Shown one piece after another: positions 11,324 to 20,837 of a stretch of 64,000 bases of DNA. Each line of letters starts with the position of its first letter. The stretch's first letter is position 1. Under the pieces are notes generated by a model that had not been told where the DNA came from, did not search any database, and worked only from the letters and a program-made list of their open reading frames with translations. Made by a program: the position numbers and the translations under genes. Source of the DNA: Diplonema japonicum (Eukaryota; Protista; Euglenozoa: Diplonemea); assembly GCA_964019335.1 (NCBI GenBank), contig OZ025657.1:372001-436000 (forward strand), read 5' to 3'.

Positions 11324-11900
11324 AAAGGCCCAAAAAGGCAGAGACCCGGCATAGACCAGAACCCCCCCCCCCCCCCCCCCCCCGAATAGCGAGTCTTAAC
11401 CTCTGAAGAAAAGTTAAAACGCACGTTAGCAAAAAGTACAAAGAAAACCAGACCGCCCCCCCACAGCATGAAAGGCACACCCTTGACATCTATCGACACG
11501 AGAAGACCAGAAAGGCGGCGCGGACCAGACCAAAGGTCCCTTTGCAACAAAGCAAAAAAGGACCTGTCGCCGCAGCCATGCTATCATCATGACCTACTCG
11601 GGGAAACCAGGGGGCCAAAATTCTGATGTAGGGGGATCGGCCTGGTTCTTTTTGTGTTTTCTTTTTTTTTTAGTCCCCCCCACCCCCACCCAGTTCTTTG
11701 TTTCTTTATCTTTTTTTTTTTTTTTTTTTTTTTTTGCTCGTGATTATGGGGGGGTTGACAGGAAGGGGAAGGGGAATGGCAGAGAGAAGAAAAAAAAAAA
11801 GATGGGGAAAGCCAGGGCTACCTAAGCTAATCGAGTGTAACCGCATGTTTTCTTTTGTGTTATTTTACGCGTAAAAAAAAAAAAAAAGAGAAAAAAATAT

Positions 11901-12216
11901 ATATGAGTTAAAGGAGGCCGGTGTTGGCGGTGCCCTGCACAAGAACTGTCTACTTGATTTCAGGGGGCGCGCCGCGGCCGAGTTGTAGCTTCTTCTGCGT
12001 TCCGCGTCGTGTCCTTAATGCGTGCGGTGTACAGCTCAACCCCAGCCGGTGCGTCCCGGGTAACCAAGATTCTGCGCTCGTGCAGTTTGCTGCCTGTTCG
12101 TCACCCTGAGCATCTGCATTATGTTCTTCCGGGCGCTACCGGTGATGAGACGAGGAGGTCAACAGCGAACAACACATCTGATGTTTTTCTTATATTTTCA
12201 TGTTATCCCCACCACC
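11901..12216. repeat. ~320-bp dispersed repeat, copy 1 (SINE/SIDER-like)
   Basis: Near-identical to 36186-36507 and 61499-61809. Sits between A-tracts, has no TIRs, and lies ~180 bp past the stop of the 12395 gene. Confidence 0.9.
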
Positions 12217-12394
12217 AAGAAAAAAAAAAAATTGTCGACTGGCAAAAAATAAATTCGGTGTGCTCACCGTGGGTGGTTTTCTTTTTTTTTCCCCTTCTTT
12301 GCCAGCCCGACAATTTCTTTTCCACTTTACAGCAATATTTATTTCACCTCCCCCACTCTTTGCCTTTTGTATTTTTTTTTTTTTAATATATTTT

Positions 12395-13084
12395 TCATGC
12401 TGAAGCTCTAGGCGAAACAGGAGGTGACTCAGGCGCGGCAAGGCTTTTTTTCCAGGCCCAGGCTGTCCGCCAAGGGGGGAGGATGGGGAGGGCCGGAGAG
12501 AGTTTTGCTTCTATAGCATCAAGCAAGGAAAAGAGCTTGCTGGCCGTGCCTACAAAATGCTTGTGATAAGGAAGGACACTCTCTTCGTAATATTCTTGGA
12601 AGGAAGAGGAGGCGGCAGGGACCGCCCAGTAAGAAGCGAAATGAGGCACCACGAACAGGGTATCAGAGTCCAAAACATGGAAAGGTGAACACCTATCGTT
12701 CTTTCGAGTGGGGAACCGGACCGTCCTACCAGAAGCTTGCACTGGGAGCAAGCACAGATACGATATCCCGTCCTGGCACAGCATGTCGCAAGTTGAAACT
12801 GTAGTACCACTTCTCACCACAAGGCTTCCCTCGCATATTTCTCGTAGTTTTCCTTCCAGCTCTGCTGCGTCCATGCCTTGTTGTACCCAATCCTTTGCTT
12901 TTTCCACGACGCCGATAGCTGGTCTCTTATCCCTGCACCACCTGCCCAAGCCCCGTTCTTTCATATCCCTATCAATCCTTCCCCCAGGGGCCCACCCTAC
13001 CTTACCTTCGACTCCCATTTCCATTCTCGCCTGTGCCCATAGTTCTACCTTCATCAAGTTGGACACTTGTAATGGTTGCGGCAT
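12395..13084 (-). CDS. Hypothetical protein, 229 aa
   Basis: ORF with ATG preceded by a long A-run like the other genes here. Coding-like composition, no recognised motif. Confidence 0.7.
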   Translation of the reverse strand: MPQPLQVSNLMKVELWAQARMEMGVEGKVGWAPGGRIDRDMKERGLGRWCRDKRPAIGVVEKAKDWVQQGMDAAELEGKLREICEGSLVVRSGTTVSTCDMLCQDGISYLCLLPVQASGRTVRFPTRKNDRCSPFHVLDSDTLFVVPHFASYWAVPAASSSFQEYYEESVLPYHKHFVGTASKLFSLLDAIEAKLSPALPILPPWRTAWAWKKSLAAPESPPVSPRASA

Positions 13085-13482
13085 TTTTTTTTTTTTTTTT
13101 TAAATATTTCTTTTCCCCACCTCCTCCCTCCTATAACTTTTTTAAAAAAAGTTTTTTCCCCTCTTTTTTTTACAAGACATTTATAAAAAAAAAGGAAAGA
13201 AAAAAAAAAGGGGTCAGATGTCGGGTGGGGGGGGAGGGGGGTTTAGAACATTTCAAAAAGAGAAAAAAAAAAAAAAAAAAAAAAAGGACCCAGTGCCGAT
13301 CCAAATGGTCTGTTAAATAAAGATCAGCAGAGGAGAAATAAGAAAAAAAAGGAGGTGGGGGGAATGAGAAGAGTAGGGAAGTGGTGCCCTCCCCGTCCCC
13401 TCCCCCCCCCCCCCATCCTTCCCATTATTATAATTTCCCGGTTCTCTTTTTTATTTCACACCCCCCCCCCCCCCTATGTTAC

Positions 13483-15039
13483 TCATTGCCGTTGTTCGTC
13501 ACGATCGTCCTTTTTCTCTTCGGATTCTTTCCTCTTAGCATCCTCGACCGCCTGTGTGATAGGTTCTCCCCCATTCCCCTCTTTCAAACCTTTAGTTTCT
13601 CATGCAGCTTGCTGTACACCATCAACATCTCCGTGTGGAACTCCTTATAATACTCGACTTCCTCAATGCTAGGGGTGTGCATTTTAAGCATTGCAGCAGA
13701 CATGTGTGGGGTTGGTGCGGCTGGAAGAGAAGCCTGCACATCACTGGCAACGAACAGCGACTCGTACAACCTGAAGGCAGCCTCTAGCTCACCCTCCGAA
13801 AAGGCTTGTTGCTGCTGCTGCTGCTGTTGTTGTTGTTGTTGCTGCTGTTGTTGCGGTGCTTGATTTTGAGGTTCTTGACCTATGTTGTTGATGTTGCCGT
13901 TGTTCTCATTATCGTTATTGTTGTTGTTATTATTCCCAGCGTCGGCTTGCTCACGTGCAGCGGCGGCAGCGCGGTTTGCTCCCAAAGACGTGTCAATGGT
14001 TTGCCGACAGTAAGGACATCTATTTTTTTTTTTTTAATTTTTCTTTTTTTTTTTTTTAAACATACGTAGTCTGTCTTTCCAACCACTGCCGCAAGCAGTG
14101 TCGGTGGAACAAATGCCGGCACTCCAACCTCTTTGCCTCTCCGGGCAGCATTTCATCGAAACAAATACTACACGTTGGGTCCCCCGCGATCTCCTCCTCC
14201 GTCGCATCTGGGAACTTCGTGTCCAACGAAGCGGCCAATCTCCTGTAATTCACAAAATTCTTAATAGCCCTGTACAGGTTCCTGATGGTCACGTACATCT
14301 CACGGACAAGGTTGAGGGGGAACCCGTAGTAAAAGTAGATCAGGTAGAAGAACACGATGTAGATGACACACTGCAGGACATCCGACACGATTTCCAGGTA
14401 AAATCTTGCCGCCCCGGTGCTCTCCCACCTCCTGTTTCGCTTTGCATCGATAATGTGAACGAGAAGACGGAGCAGCGAGGTTGTCGCCAGCACCGTCATG
14501 ATCAGATATTCCTCCAAAAGAATAAGTTTCACCGACGGGCCGTTCTCAATCATTTGACGGGCGAACAGCTTCCCCGCAAAGGAATCTCCTAAGATCAGCA
14601 TGAACAGAAGTAAAGCTAGCCTTGCTTGGCTTGACCCCAACGCAGGGGTTTGTTCTATGAAGTCGAGCCGCGATCTTGCGAGCCAGTGGAATATTTTCCA
14701 AAAAATACAAAGTACGAAGAGTGCCACGCCGTCGACACCGAGGGTCTTGATGTTGAAGACAGTCAACATGATCGAGGTTTCCATCAGAAAGAACGCTGTG
14801 TTGTGCATCACCTTCTCCACTTCCTGGTCGCGCAGCTTTCCTAAGAAGATGTATCTTAACAGCTCGAAGAGCAGCACAACAACGACCATAAAACTATTCG
14901 AGACAAGCACGTTGAACAGCCTGCTCTGCGACAACGCCACCATCGATGTGTAAAACTGCCCGTTGTTGTAAAACGCTTGCCCCACAACTGCGACCAGGCA
15001 CCCCATGCTGGCTAACGAGTACGCCGTTAGCTTTTTCAT
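13483..15039 (-). CDS. HRD1: ERAD E3 ubiquitin ligase HRD1/synoviolin, 3 exons (introns 14020-14065 and 13552-13589)
   Basis: Multi-TM N-terminus (FLGKLRDQEVE, KIFHWLARSRLDFIEQTP) and RING-H2 CSICFDEM...LECRHLFHRHCLRQWLERQT. Removing the 46-nt GTATG..ATAG intron completes the RING with TCPYCR. Removing the 38-nt GTTTG..ACAG intron extends the frame to AVEDAKRKE...EQRQ*. Confidence 0.93.
13552..13589 (-). other. 38-nt GT-AG intron in HRD1 (purine-rich)
   Basis: GTTTGAAAGAGGGGAATGGGGGAGAACCTATCACACAG. Splicing joins KLHEKLK to a charged coding-like tail. Confidence 0.7.
13806..13936 (-). repeat. Coding CAA/CAG and AAC/AAT microsatellites (polyQ, polyN) in HRD1
   Basis: Encodes NNNNNNNDNENN...QQQQQQQQQQQQQQQ. 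Confidence 0.9.
14020..14065 (-). other. 46-nt GT-AG intron in HRD1 (almost pure A)
   Basis: GTATGTTT(A-rich)ATAG. Splicing restores the final RING CxxC. Confidence 0.92.
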
Positions 15040-15124
15040 TTTTTTAACCCCCACCTGCAACAAAAAAAAAAATTTTTTTTTTTGGGGTCGAAAAAAAAAG
15101 GGGGGGAGGGGGAAGAAAAGGGCA

Positions 15125-15784
15125 TCACTTCAATGTAATCTTTAGTATGCCTATGTCATCGCACTTGTAGTTAGGGTGCAGCTCTTCGTCGGGTACCTTC
15201 GCTCCCTTCATCCCGTTGCTTTCCAGTGCAGCGATGAAATTTTTGACGTCTTGCACGTGGCCGGCACGGAGTTCTTGTGACATCCAGCAGACTGGTTTGT
15301 TGGGTAACGACAGTAACGATTTGAGAAGGAGGATGAGTGGCGCGTCGGCGTAAAGCCCGGAGTGAACTAAGTCGGAGCATAGTACATAAGAAATGTCGGA
15401 GTAGGTAGAGGTAAGGTTGTGGGGGGGCTCAGTCCAGTCTAGGACTGAGCACGTTACCTTGCCGTTGTGCGAGGTAATTGTATCAGAGTTCTTCACCACA
15501 TTGGCCTCGGTGAGTTCTAAGACGTCTTTGTAGTCTGTGGCAACAATTTCCATCCCCAAAACACCCCCTGCCACGCTCACGATTCCAGTCCCGCATCCTA
15601 GTTCCACAGCCTTCTTCCCCTTCAGCTCTTTGTGTTTCGTCTCCATGAACTTCATCAGTACTAGTCCAGCATCCCACACAGTGCCAGAGTTCCCGTTCAA
15701 CTTACTCCCATCCTTTGCCTCTTCTGGTCTTTGCTCAATCTCGATTGTGTCATGGCCCACTTCATATTCGGATGAGAAGGGCAT
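15125..15784 (-). CDS. Seven-beta-strand protein-lysine methyltransferase (Methyltransf_16 / METTL21-like)
   Basis: Motifs GTVWDAG, VELGCGTG (SAM motif I), ATDY, LDW and CSDLVH. Confidence 0.9.
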   Translation of the reverse strand: MPFSSEYEVGHDTIEIEQRPEEAKDGSKLNGNSGTVWDAGLVLMKFMETKHKELKGKKAVELGCGTGIVSVAGGVLGMEIVATDYKDVLELTEANVVKNSDTITSHNGKVTCSVLDWTEPPHNLTSTYSDISYVLCSDLVHSGLYADAPLILLLKSLLSLPNKPVCWMSQELRAGHVQDVKNFIAALESNGMKGAKVPDEELHPNYKCDDIGILKITLK

Positions 15785-16124
15785 TTTTTGCTGACTTTGC
15801 TTGTGTTGTAATAATCTTCAGAAGGGAGAGGGAAAAAGAAGAAAAGATAGGACGGAGTGAAGAAAGAAAGAGAAGAAAAAAAAAGAAGGGGCGGGGGGGA
15901 AGGGGATAAAAAGAAAGTGCGACAAGCACACTTTGGAAGCAGAGGAGGCCAAGAACAAGAATGCAATCATATGAGATTTAAATAAAAGAGAAAGAAGAAG
16001 AAAAAAAAAAGCAAATAAAGCAAATAAATCTCACGTGCAGAACCAATTGGGTTAGGGATAGAATTATCGTTTTTTCTTTGGTTTCTTTCTTTTTTTTTTT
16101 TTTTTCGCCGTCAGGTTTTACCTC

Positions 16125-19100
16125 TCAGTACTCGTAGTCAACAACGTACAAAGGCAGTACCTGATAGGGTTGGAATACAATGTACTCCGAGTTCATGACA
16201 CCGTAGCCGTACTTGTGTGCAGCACCTAAGCCCTTCACGTAGAAGGATTCGTGTGACTGCGCGTGGTCCCAAGGAACAGCAATGTTGTCAAGATGTTTTG
16301 AGGGGTCAGAGCAGTTCACAAAGTCATGGAGTGCGTTTTGCGTGAGGAGGTTCGCCTTAACAAGATACGGCGACCCCAGGTTCACTCTGCATCTCACTAG
16401 TGAGTACGTGTTGTCGTCGTGTGGCCTCACGTACCTGTGTGATTTTTCTGCACTGTCTGCTAAGTAGATCCCAAGCCCGAACATGTGGCACCTTTCCCAC
16501 TTGTGAGGCTTCACGCACTTGTTGCAGTTGGTATCGCACAGGGTTGTGCACAAGCCCTTCCCCCCAGACACCGAACACTCCTTCGCAGCACACGAATCAG
16601 CAGGACACTGCAGCCCCTTCTGCAGGATTTGGTCCAAAGCCTTACACGCAGTCCCGTGCCATAATTCCTTCTCGATGATCGAACCATGTTTCTCGTTCAA
16701 GAAGGCCCGACGAGACTCGTACGCTTTTTCCAGCTTTGCATTGACAATCCTTCTTACACGGGTCACTCTGCCCAATCTGCCCACCTCTGTCGCCAGTTCG
16801 TTGTACTTCGCAGAGCCATCTGGGATACTTTCATAGCGCAGCGAGGCATCGAACGTCAGTGAGTCGCGGGCATCGTGCCTGAAAGAGCACACCTTCGTCC
16901 AGTCTGTGTGGCCTCGGAGGTTCGATCCCCTGCAGTAGCCCCCAGGCCCCTTCAGGAGCGGGCAAGGCTTGCTTGCCATCCACGGGTTCCCCGGCTGCGC
17001 ATCGTCAACCGATATCCTGAGGCTGTCCCTGTACTTCTTGTTGTTCAGGCTAGCAACTTGGATCTGTGAGATTTTGTGCACCAGAAGCACATAGGCACCT
17101 ACCCTTGCACCGTTCCTGTCGGAGATAACCTCCGCCACCTCATGGCCCTCTAGGAAGTCTGTCACGTCCTTCTTCAGCACTGCCTCGTCTTTCACCAGAG
17201 TAGGTTCCAGCCATCCCAGCCACAGGTGCTTTGTTGAGGCGGCAGACATTCCGCCGTTCACCCTCCCCCTGCATGCTTCGACACCGCCGCGTTGCTGTTC
17301 GCCCAGCCTGCGCAGGAACGCCTCACTCGTCTGGTCGTCCCGCGAATAGACCCTGAGCTGCTTGCAGAGCCTCGTCGTTGGTGGCCCCCACTGGATGAGG
17401 TACATCGGCATGGCCTGAATGTTCCCCTGGCGCTGCTTCATGATGTAGTAATCATATTGATCGACGTACGTGTGATCCACATCCTGCTTCCCAAGGATGA
17501 GCTTGCACAAGAACATGTAGCCGCCGCCGCTGCAATAGCCCATTGATATTGCCGGGTTCTTCGCAAAATACTCTCCCTCGCCAAAAACCTGCCCGGAGCG
17601 CCTCAGGGGGTCGAGCCCGTGACGTGCAATGCTCAGCACGTTATTTTCATGAGTCCCGTGGAAGCCCTCGATCATATCAGGAGCCTTCCTGTACTCCTGC
17701 GTCATGTTGTACTCCGTTGCGCGGAACCTGAACTCCAAAGCCTCGTTCGTGAGCTGCCAAGCCTTGATGACGGTAGAGCGTTGTTGCGCCCCACCAGCCC
17801 ACCAACAACAAGAGGTTTCCATCCTGTCTTCCCATTTCTGCTTCAGGAGTTCCAGCTTCGTTTCATTCACCTCGACCATGATGTCCTGCTTGTAGTTCGA
17901 TCTCTGCAGTTCGTCGGGGATGTTGTGTTTCACCCCAGCATTCTCTGCCATGCACTTCATCCTCCCGAGCAGCACAGGTGCCTTCGACAGAGGGAAATCA
18001 ACAGATTCTTTGATATCGGGGAACGACACCTTCACATCACCCTGCGACGCGAAATCCATAGACGCAAAAGCGGGGTAAACCTTCCCATCCTTCTTGAGGG
18101 TCATGTGCCCAGAATCTTTCTCGGCTTTGATCTCAGCAAGACCTGCTTTCTGGGCACAAACATCGACATAGGTGCTGGGTTTTATGGCGAACGACATGTA
18201 CGTGTGTGCCTCAGAAGGCTCCTTGATGGGGATTGTGTCCTTAAACTCGGCACACTTCGCTTCGAACGAGATGTGGAGACCATTGGCACAGCTTGCCTTT
18301 CTTGCATCGGGGCATTTCCCACCTGCAAACATCATGCAAATCCTCTTCACGGGGGTTGCTTTGTGCTTCTGCATGTGCATCACGAGTGACGCAATATCAG
18401 CACCCGCTCTCAGTCCTTTGGTTGTATTTTTGCTTGACTGCTGTCTGGCAGTGCAACTCACATCCCTTGCTGTGAGGCGGTCGTTCACACACACTGCGCT
18501 GAACTCTACGTCATCGTCCTCGTTGAGCCCCTCGTCGTCTTCGCACCTGTAGAAAACATCACCAAAGTACACTGCAGTAGTGGAGCCCATCAGACCAGCC
18601 TGCAAGAAGACTGGTAGTTCAGGTGTGATGAAAGCAATTCCCTTGTCCGGAAGCCATTCTCGAACCTTCCCTTTCAGGATCTTCGAGCTATCGGCAAGCA
18701 CTTCAACGGTAAGCTGCGTTGCGGTGTTGGTGTTTAAATACTTCCCACACTGCACAAGGTTGCTCATCGGCACATCATTAACAGCCATCAGCACCATTGT
18801 CGGGATCAAACCCCCCAACTCTGCAGGGCTGTCCGGTGCGACCTTCGCAACAACAAGGCTGTCCTCATTCATCTCGAGCCCAATGCCCTCCAGCGTCAGT
18901 GCTGCAGCAGGCACAGTGACCTTCACCGTTGTAGTAAAGGGGAGCAGCGGTGCTACACTGTTATGCTTGTTTCGCTGACTGTTTAGAGATTCGAGAATCC
19001 TCTTGTCTACAACAGGCTTCGATAGGTCTTGCTGAACGGTGAAGCCGCTCTCTGAGATGTCGATGACTGTTTTCTTAGTCTTCCTGCCTCTGCTCTTTCT

Positions 19101-19697
19101 GAGTTTCGGGGAAGCGGCGACGTGCTCCTTAACGTCCTCTTCTGTGCACACTCTTTCCTCGTTGGGGGTCTGCGTGATTTCCGTAAGCGCGGCGGCCAAT
19201 GTAGAAGGAGAGGGAGAGGGGGCAAGGCTAAGCTGTTTTTTCCTCCTCTTCTCCTCTTCCTTTTGTTCCTTTGCCCAGTCCTTGGCTGAAGGAATGGGGG
19301 ATGGAATGGAGGTGGTGATGGCATCATCGTGTGCCGCGATATCTGCCTCGGGAATGCCTGTCTCAGAGGCTGCCACAGCGTGCTTGCGGCCTGCAATGTG
19401 AGACGCCCAGTCCTTCATTGCAACATCCTTTTCGCACATTTTACAAGTCACAAAGGGCACAGGGTACACCTTGTCGTCCTTCACGATTAGCTTGGGCTTC
19501 ACTGCCTTGGGGATCACAGAAGGGATCTTCTTGTCGACTTCGGCATCATGTGCCTGCAGCTCCGCTTTGGTCATCTTCGCCACTCTCGCTGCAGTCCAGT
19601 GTTTTTTCCCCATTTTGTGGGCGCCCCAATCCTTCATCGCTACCCTCATGTTACAGGGGCTGCACCTCACCCCTGGGGGTGGCCTTGGTGCTGACAT
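16125..19697 (-). CDS. Multidomain tandem PARP/ART protein: 2x C2H2 ZnF - PDZ - cold-shock - CCCH - ART1 - RRM - CCCH - ART2
   Basis: ZnFs CSPC..H..GKKH and CKMC..H..GRKH; PDZ GIGLEM..VAKVAPDSPAELGGL; CSD GKVREWLPDKGIAFITP..DVF; ART1 FHGT..FGEGEYFA; ART2 LWHGT..MFGLGIYLADSAEKS..NSEYIVF..QVLPLYVV. Likely start is MSAPRPP at 19697. Confidence 0.85.
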   Translation of the reverse strand: MSAPRPPPGVRCSPCNMRVAMKDWGAHKMGKKHWTAARVAKMTKAELQAHDAEVDKKIPSVIPKAVKPKLIVKDDKVYPVPFVTCKMCEKDVAMKDWASHIAGRKHAVAASETGIPEADIAAHDDAITTSIPSPIPSAKDWAKEQKEEEKRRKKQLSLAPSPSPSTLAAALTEITQTPNEERVCTEEDVKEHVAASPKLRKSRGRKTKKTVIDISESGFTVQQDLSKPVVDKRILESLNSQRNKHNSVAPLLPFTTTVKVTVPAAALTLEGIGLEMNEDSLVVAKVAPDSPAELGGLIPTMVLMAVNDVPMSNLVQCGKYLNTNTATQLTVEVLADSSKILKGKVREWLPDKGIAFITPELPVFLQAGLMGSTTAVYFGDVFYRCEDDEGLNEDDDVEFSAVCVNDRLTARDVSCTARQQSSKNTTKGLRAGADIASLVMHMQKHKATPVKRICMMFAGGKCPDARKASCANGLHISFEAKCAEFKDTIPIKEPSEAHTYMSFAIKPSTYVDVCAQKAGLAEIKAEKDSGHMTLKKDGKVYPAFASMDFASQGDVKVSFPDIKESVDFPLSKAPVLLGRMKCMAENAGVKHNIPDELQRSNYKQDIMVEVNETKLELLKQKWEDRMETSCCWWAGGAQQRSTVIKAWQLTNEALEFRFRATEYNMTQEYRKAPDMIEGFHGTHENNVLSIARHGLDPLRRSGQVFGEGEYFAKNPAISMGYCSGGGYMFLCKLILGKQDVDHTYVDQYDYYIMKQRQGNIQAMPMYLIQWGPPTTRLCKQLRVYSRDDQTSEAFLRRLGEQQRGGVEACRGRVNGGMSAASTKHLWLGWLEPTLVKDEAVLKKDVTDFLEGHEVAEVISDRNGARVGAYVLLVHKISQIQVASLNNKKYRDSLRISVDDAQPGNPWMASKPCPLLKGPGGYCRGSNLRGHTDWTKVCSFRHDARDSLTFDASLRYESIPDGSAKYNELATEVGRLGRVTRVRRIVNAKLEKAYESRRAFLNEKHGSIIEKELWHGTACKALDQILQKGLQCPADSCAAKECSVSGGKGLCTTLCDTNCNKCVKPHKWERCHMFGLGIYLADSAEKSHRYVRPHDDNTYSLVRCRVNLGSPYLVKANLLTQNALHDFVNCSDPSKHLDNIAVPWDHAQSHESFYVKGLGAAHKYGYGVMNSEYIVFQPYQVLPLYVVDYEY

Positions 19698-20773
19698 TTG
19701 TATTCTTTTTTTTTTCGGGTCAATCAAAACCCTGTTTGAGGTAGTATGGTGGTAATTGGTATTTCTTTTTATTGTTCTTATTTTTAAAATTCAAATTTAG
19801 ACAAGGAAAAAAAAAATAGGGGGGTAAAGAGGGGAAGACATAGGGGTGAAGGGAAGGGGGAAAAAAAAAAGTCTCGGAGAGGAAAGGCGAAAGGGGCTGC
19901 GGAGAAGAGGGGAGGGTGGAAAAAAAAGAGGGGAAAAAAATAAAAAGAAAAAAAGAAGGATTTTAGAAAGGGCATGGAATCGCTGACAAAACGGGCCTCT
20001 CCACAGTGGGGTGCTGCCCCGCACGTGTGGCAGAGTGCCCTGCTGCCGGATCTCACGGGGGGGAACCTTTCTGCTTCTTTTTCTTTTTTTTTTCCCTCCG
20101 TTTTTTTTTTTTTTTTTTTTTTCGTGTATTAAACAGAGATGAAAGATATCAGGAAAGCGGAAGGGGTGTTGGGGGGGGGACTGCAACAAAAACAGAAAAT
20201 AGAGGGGAAAAAGTGGGACGAAAAAACTCCCAAGGCCCATGCAATTATTTCTTCTTTTTTTTTCTCTTTTTTTTTCCCTCACACTTTTTATTTTAATTTT
20301 ATTTTTTCACTTATAAATAAGCCGTTCGCTAGGGAAGAACCAAAAAAAAAAAGAGAGAAATTAATTGTAAACGGGCCCGAGAGAGGGGAAGGGAAAGAAA
20401 AGAAAAAGGGAAAAAGGAAGAAAGGAAGAAAAACAAAGCCACCAACGCGGCATTTTTTTTTTTTTTTTTTTTTTTTCCCCCAACCGCACCGTACCGGCCA
20501 TCATGACCAGTTATCTCAGGGACAATTCTGGAAAAATTAAAATAGATGCCTCCCTTATCGCGCACAACGATTACCGATAAGAAGATGCAAAACCCCCTTC
20601 TTTTCTCTCCTAGTGTGTACAATGTCATTTTTTTTTTAAAGTTTAAATTTTTTATGTATTCAAAGATAAGATGCTTAAATGAATTCCAAAAGGGGTGGTG
20701 GTAAAGCACGCACTTTTTTTGTTTCTTTTCCCACCAATTCTTTTTTTTTTTTGCTCTCTCTGCTCCACAACGT

Positions 20774-20810
<37 letters not shown>

Positions 20811-20837
20811 TTTTCTTTACTCCCCCTTTTCCCCTCT

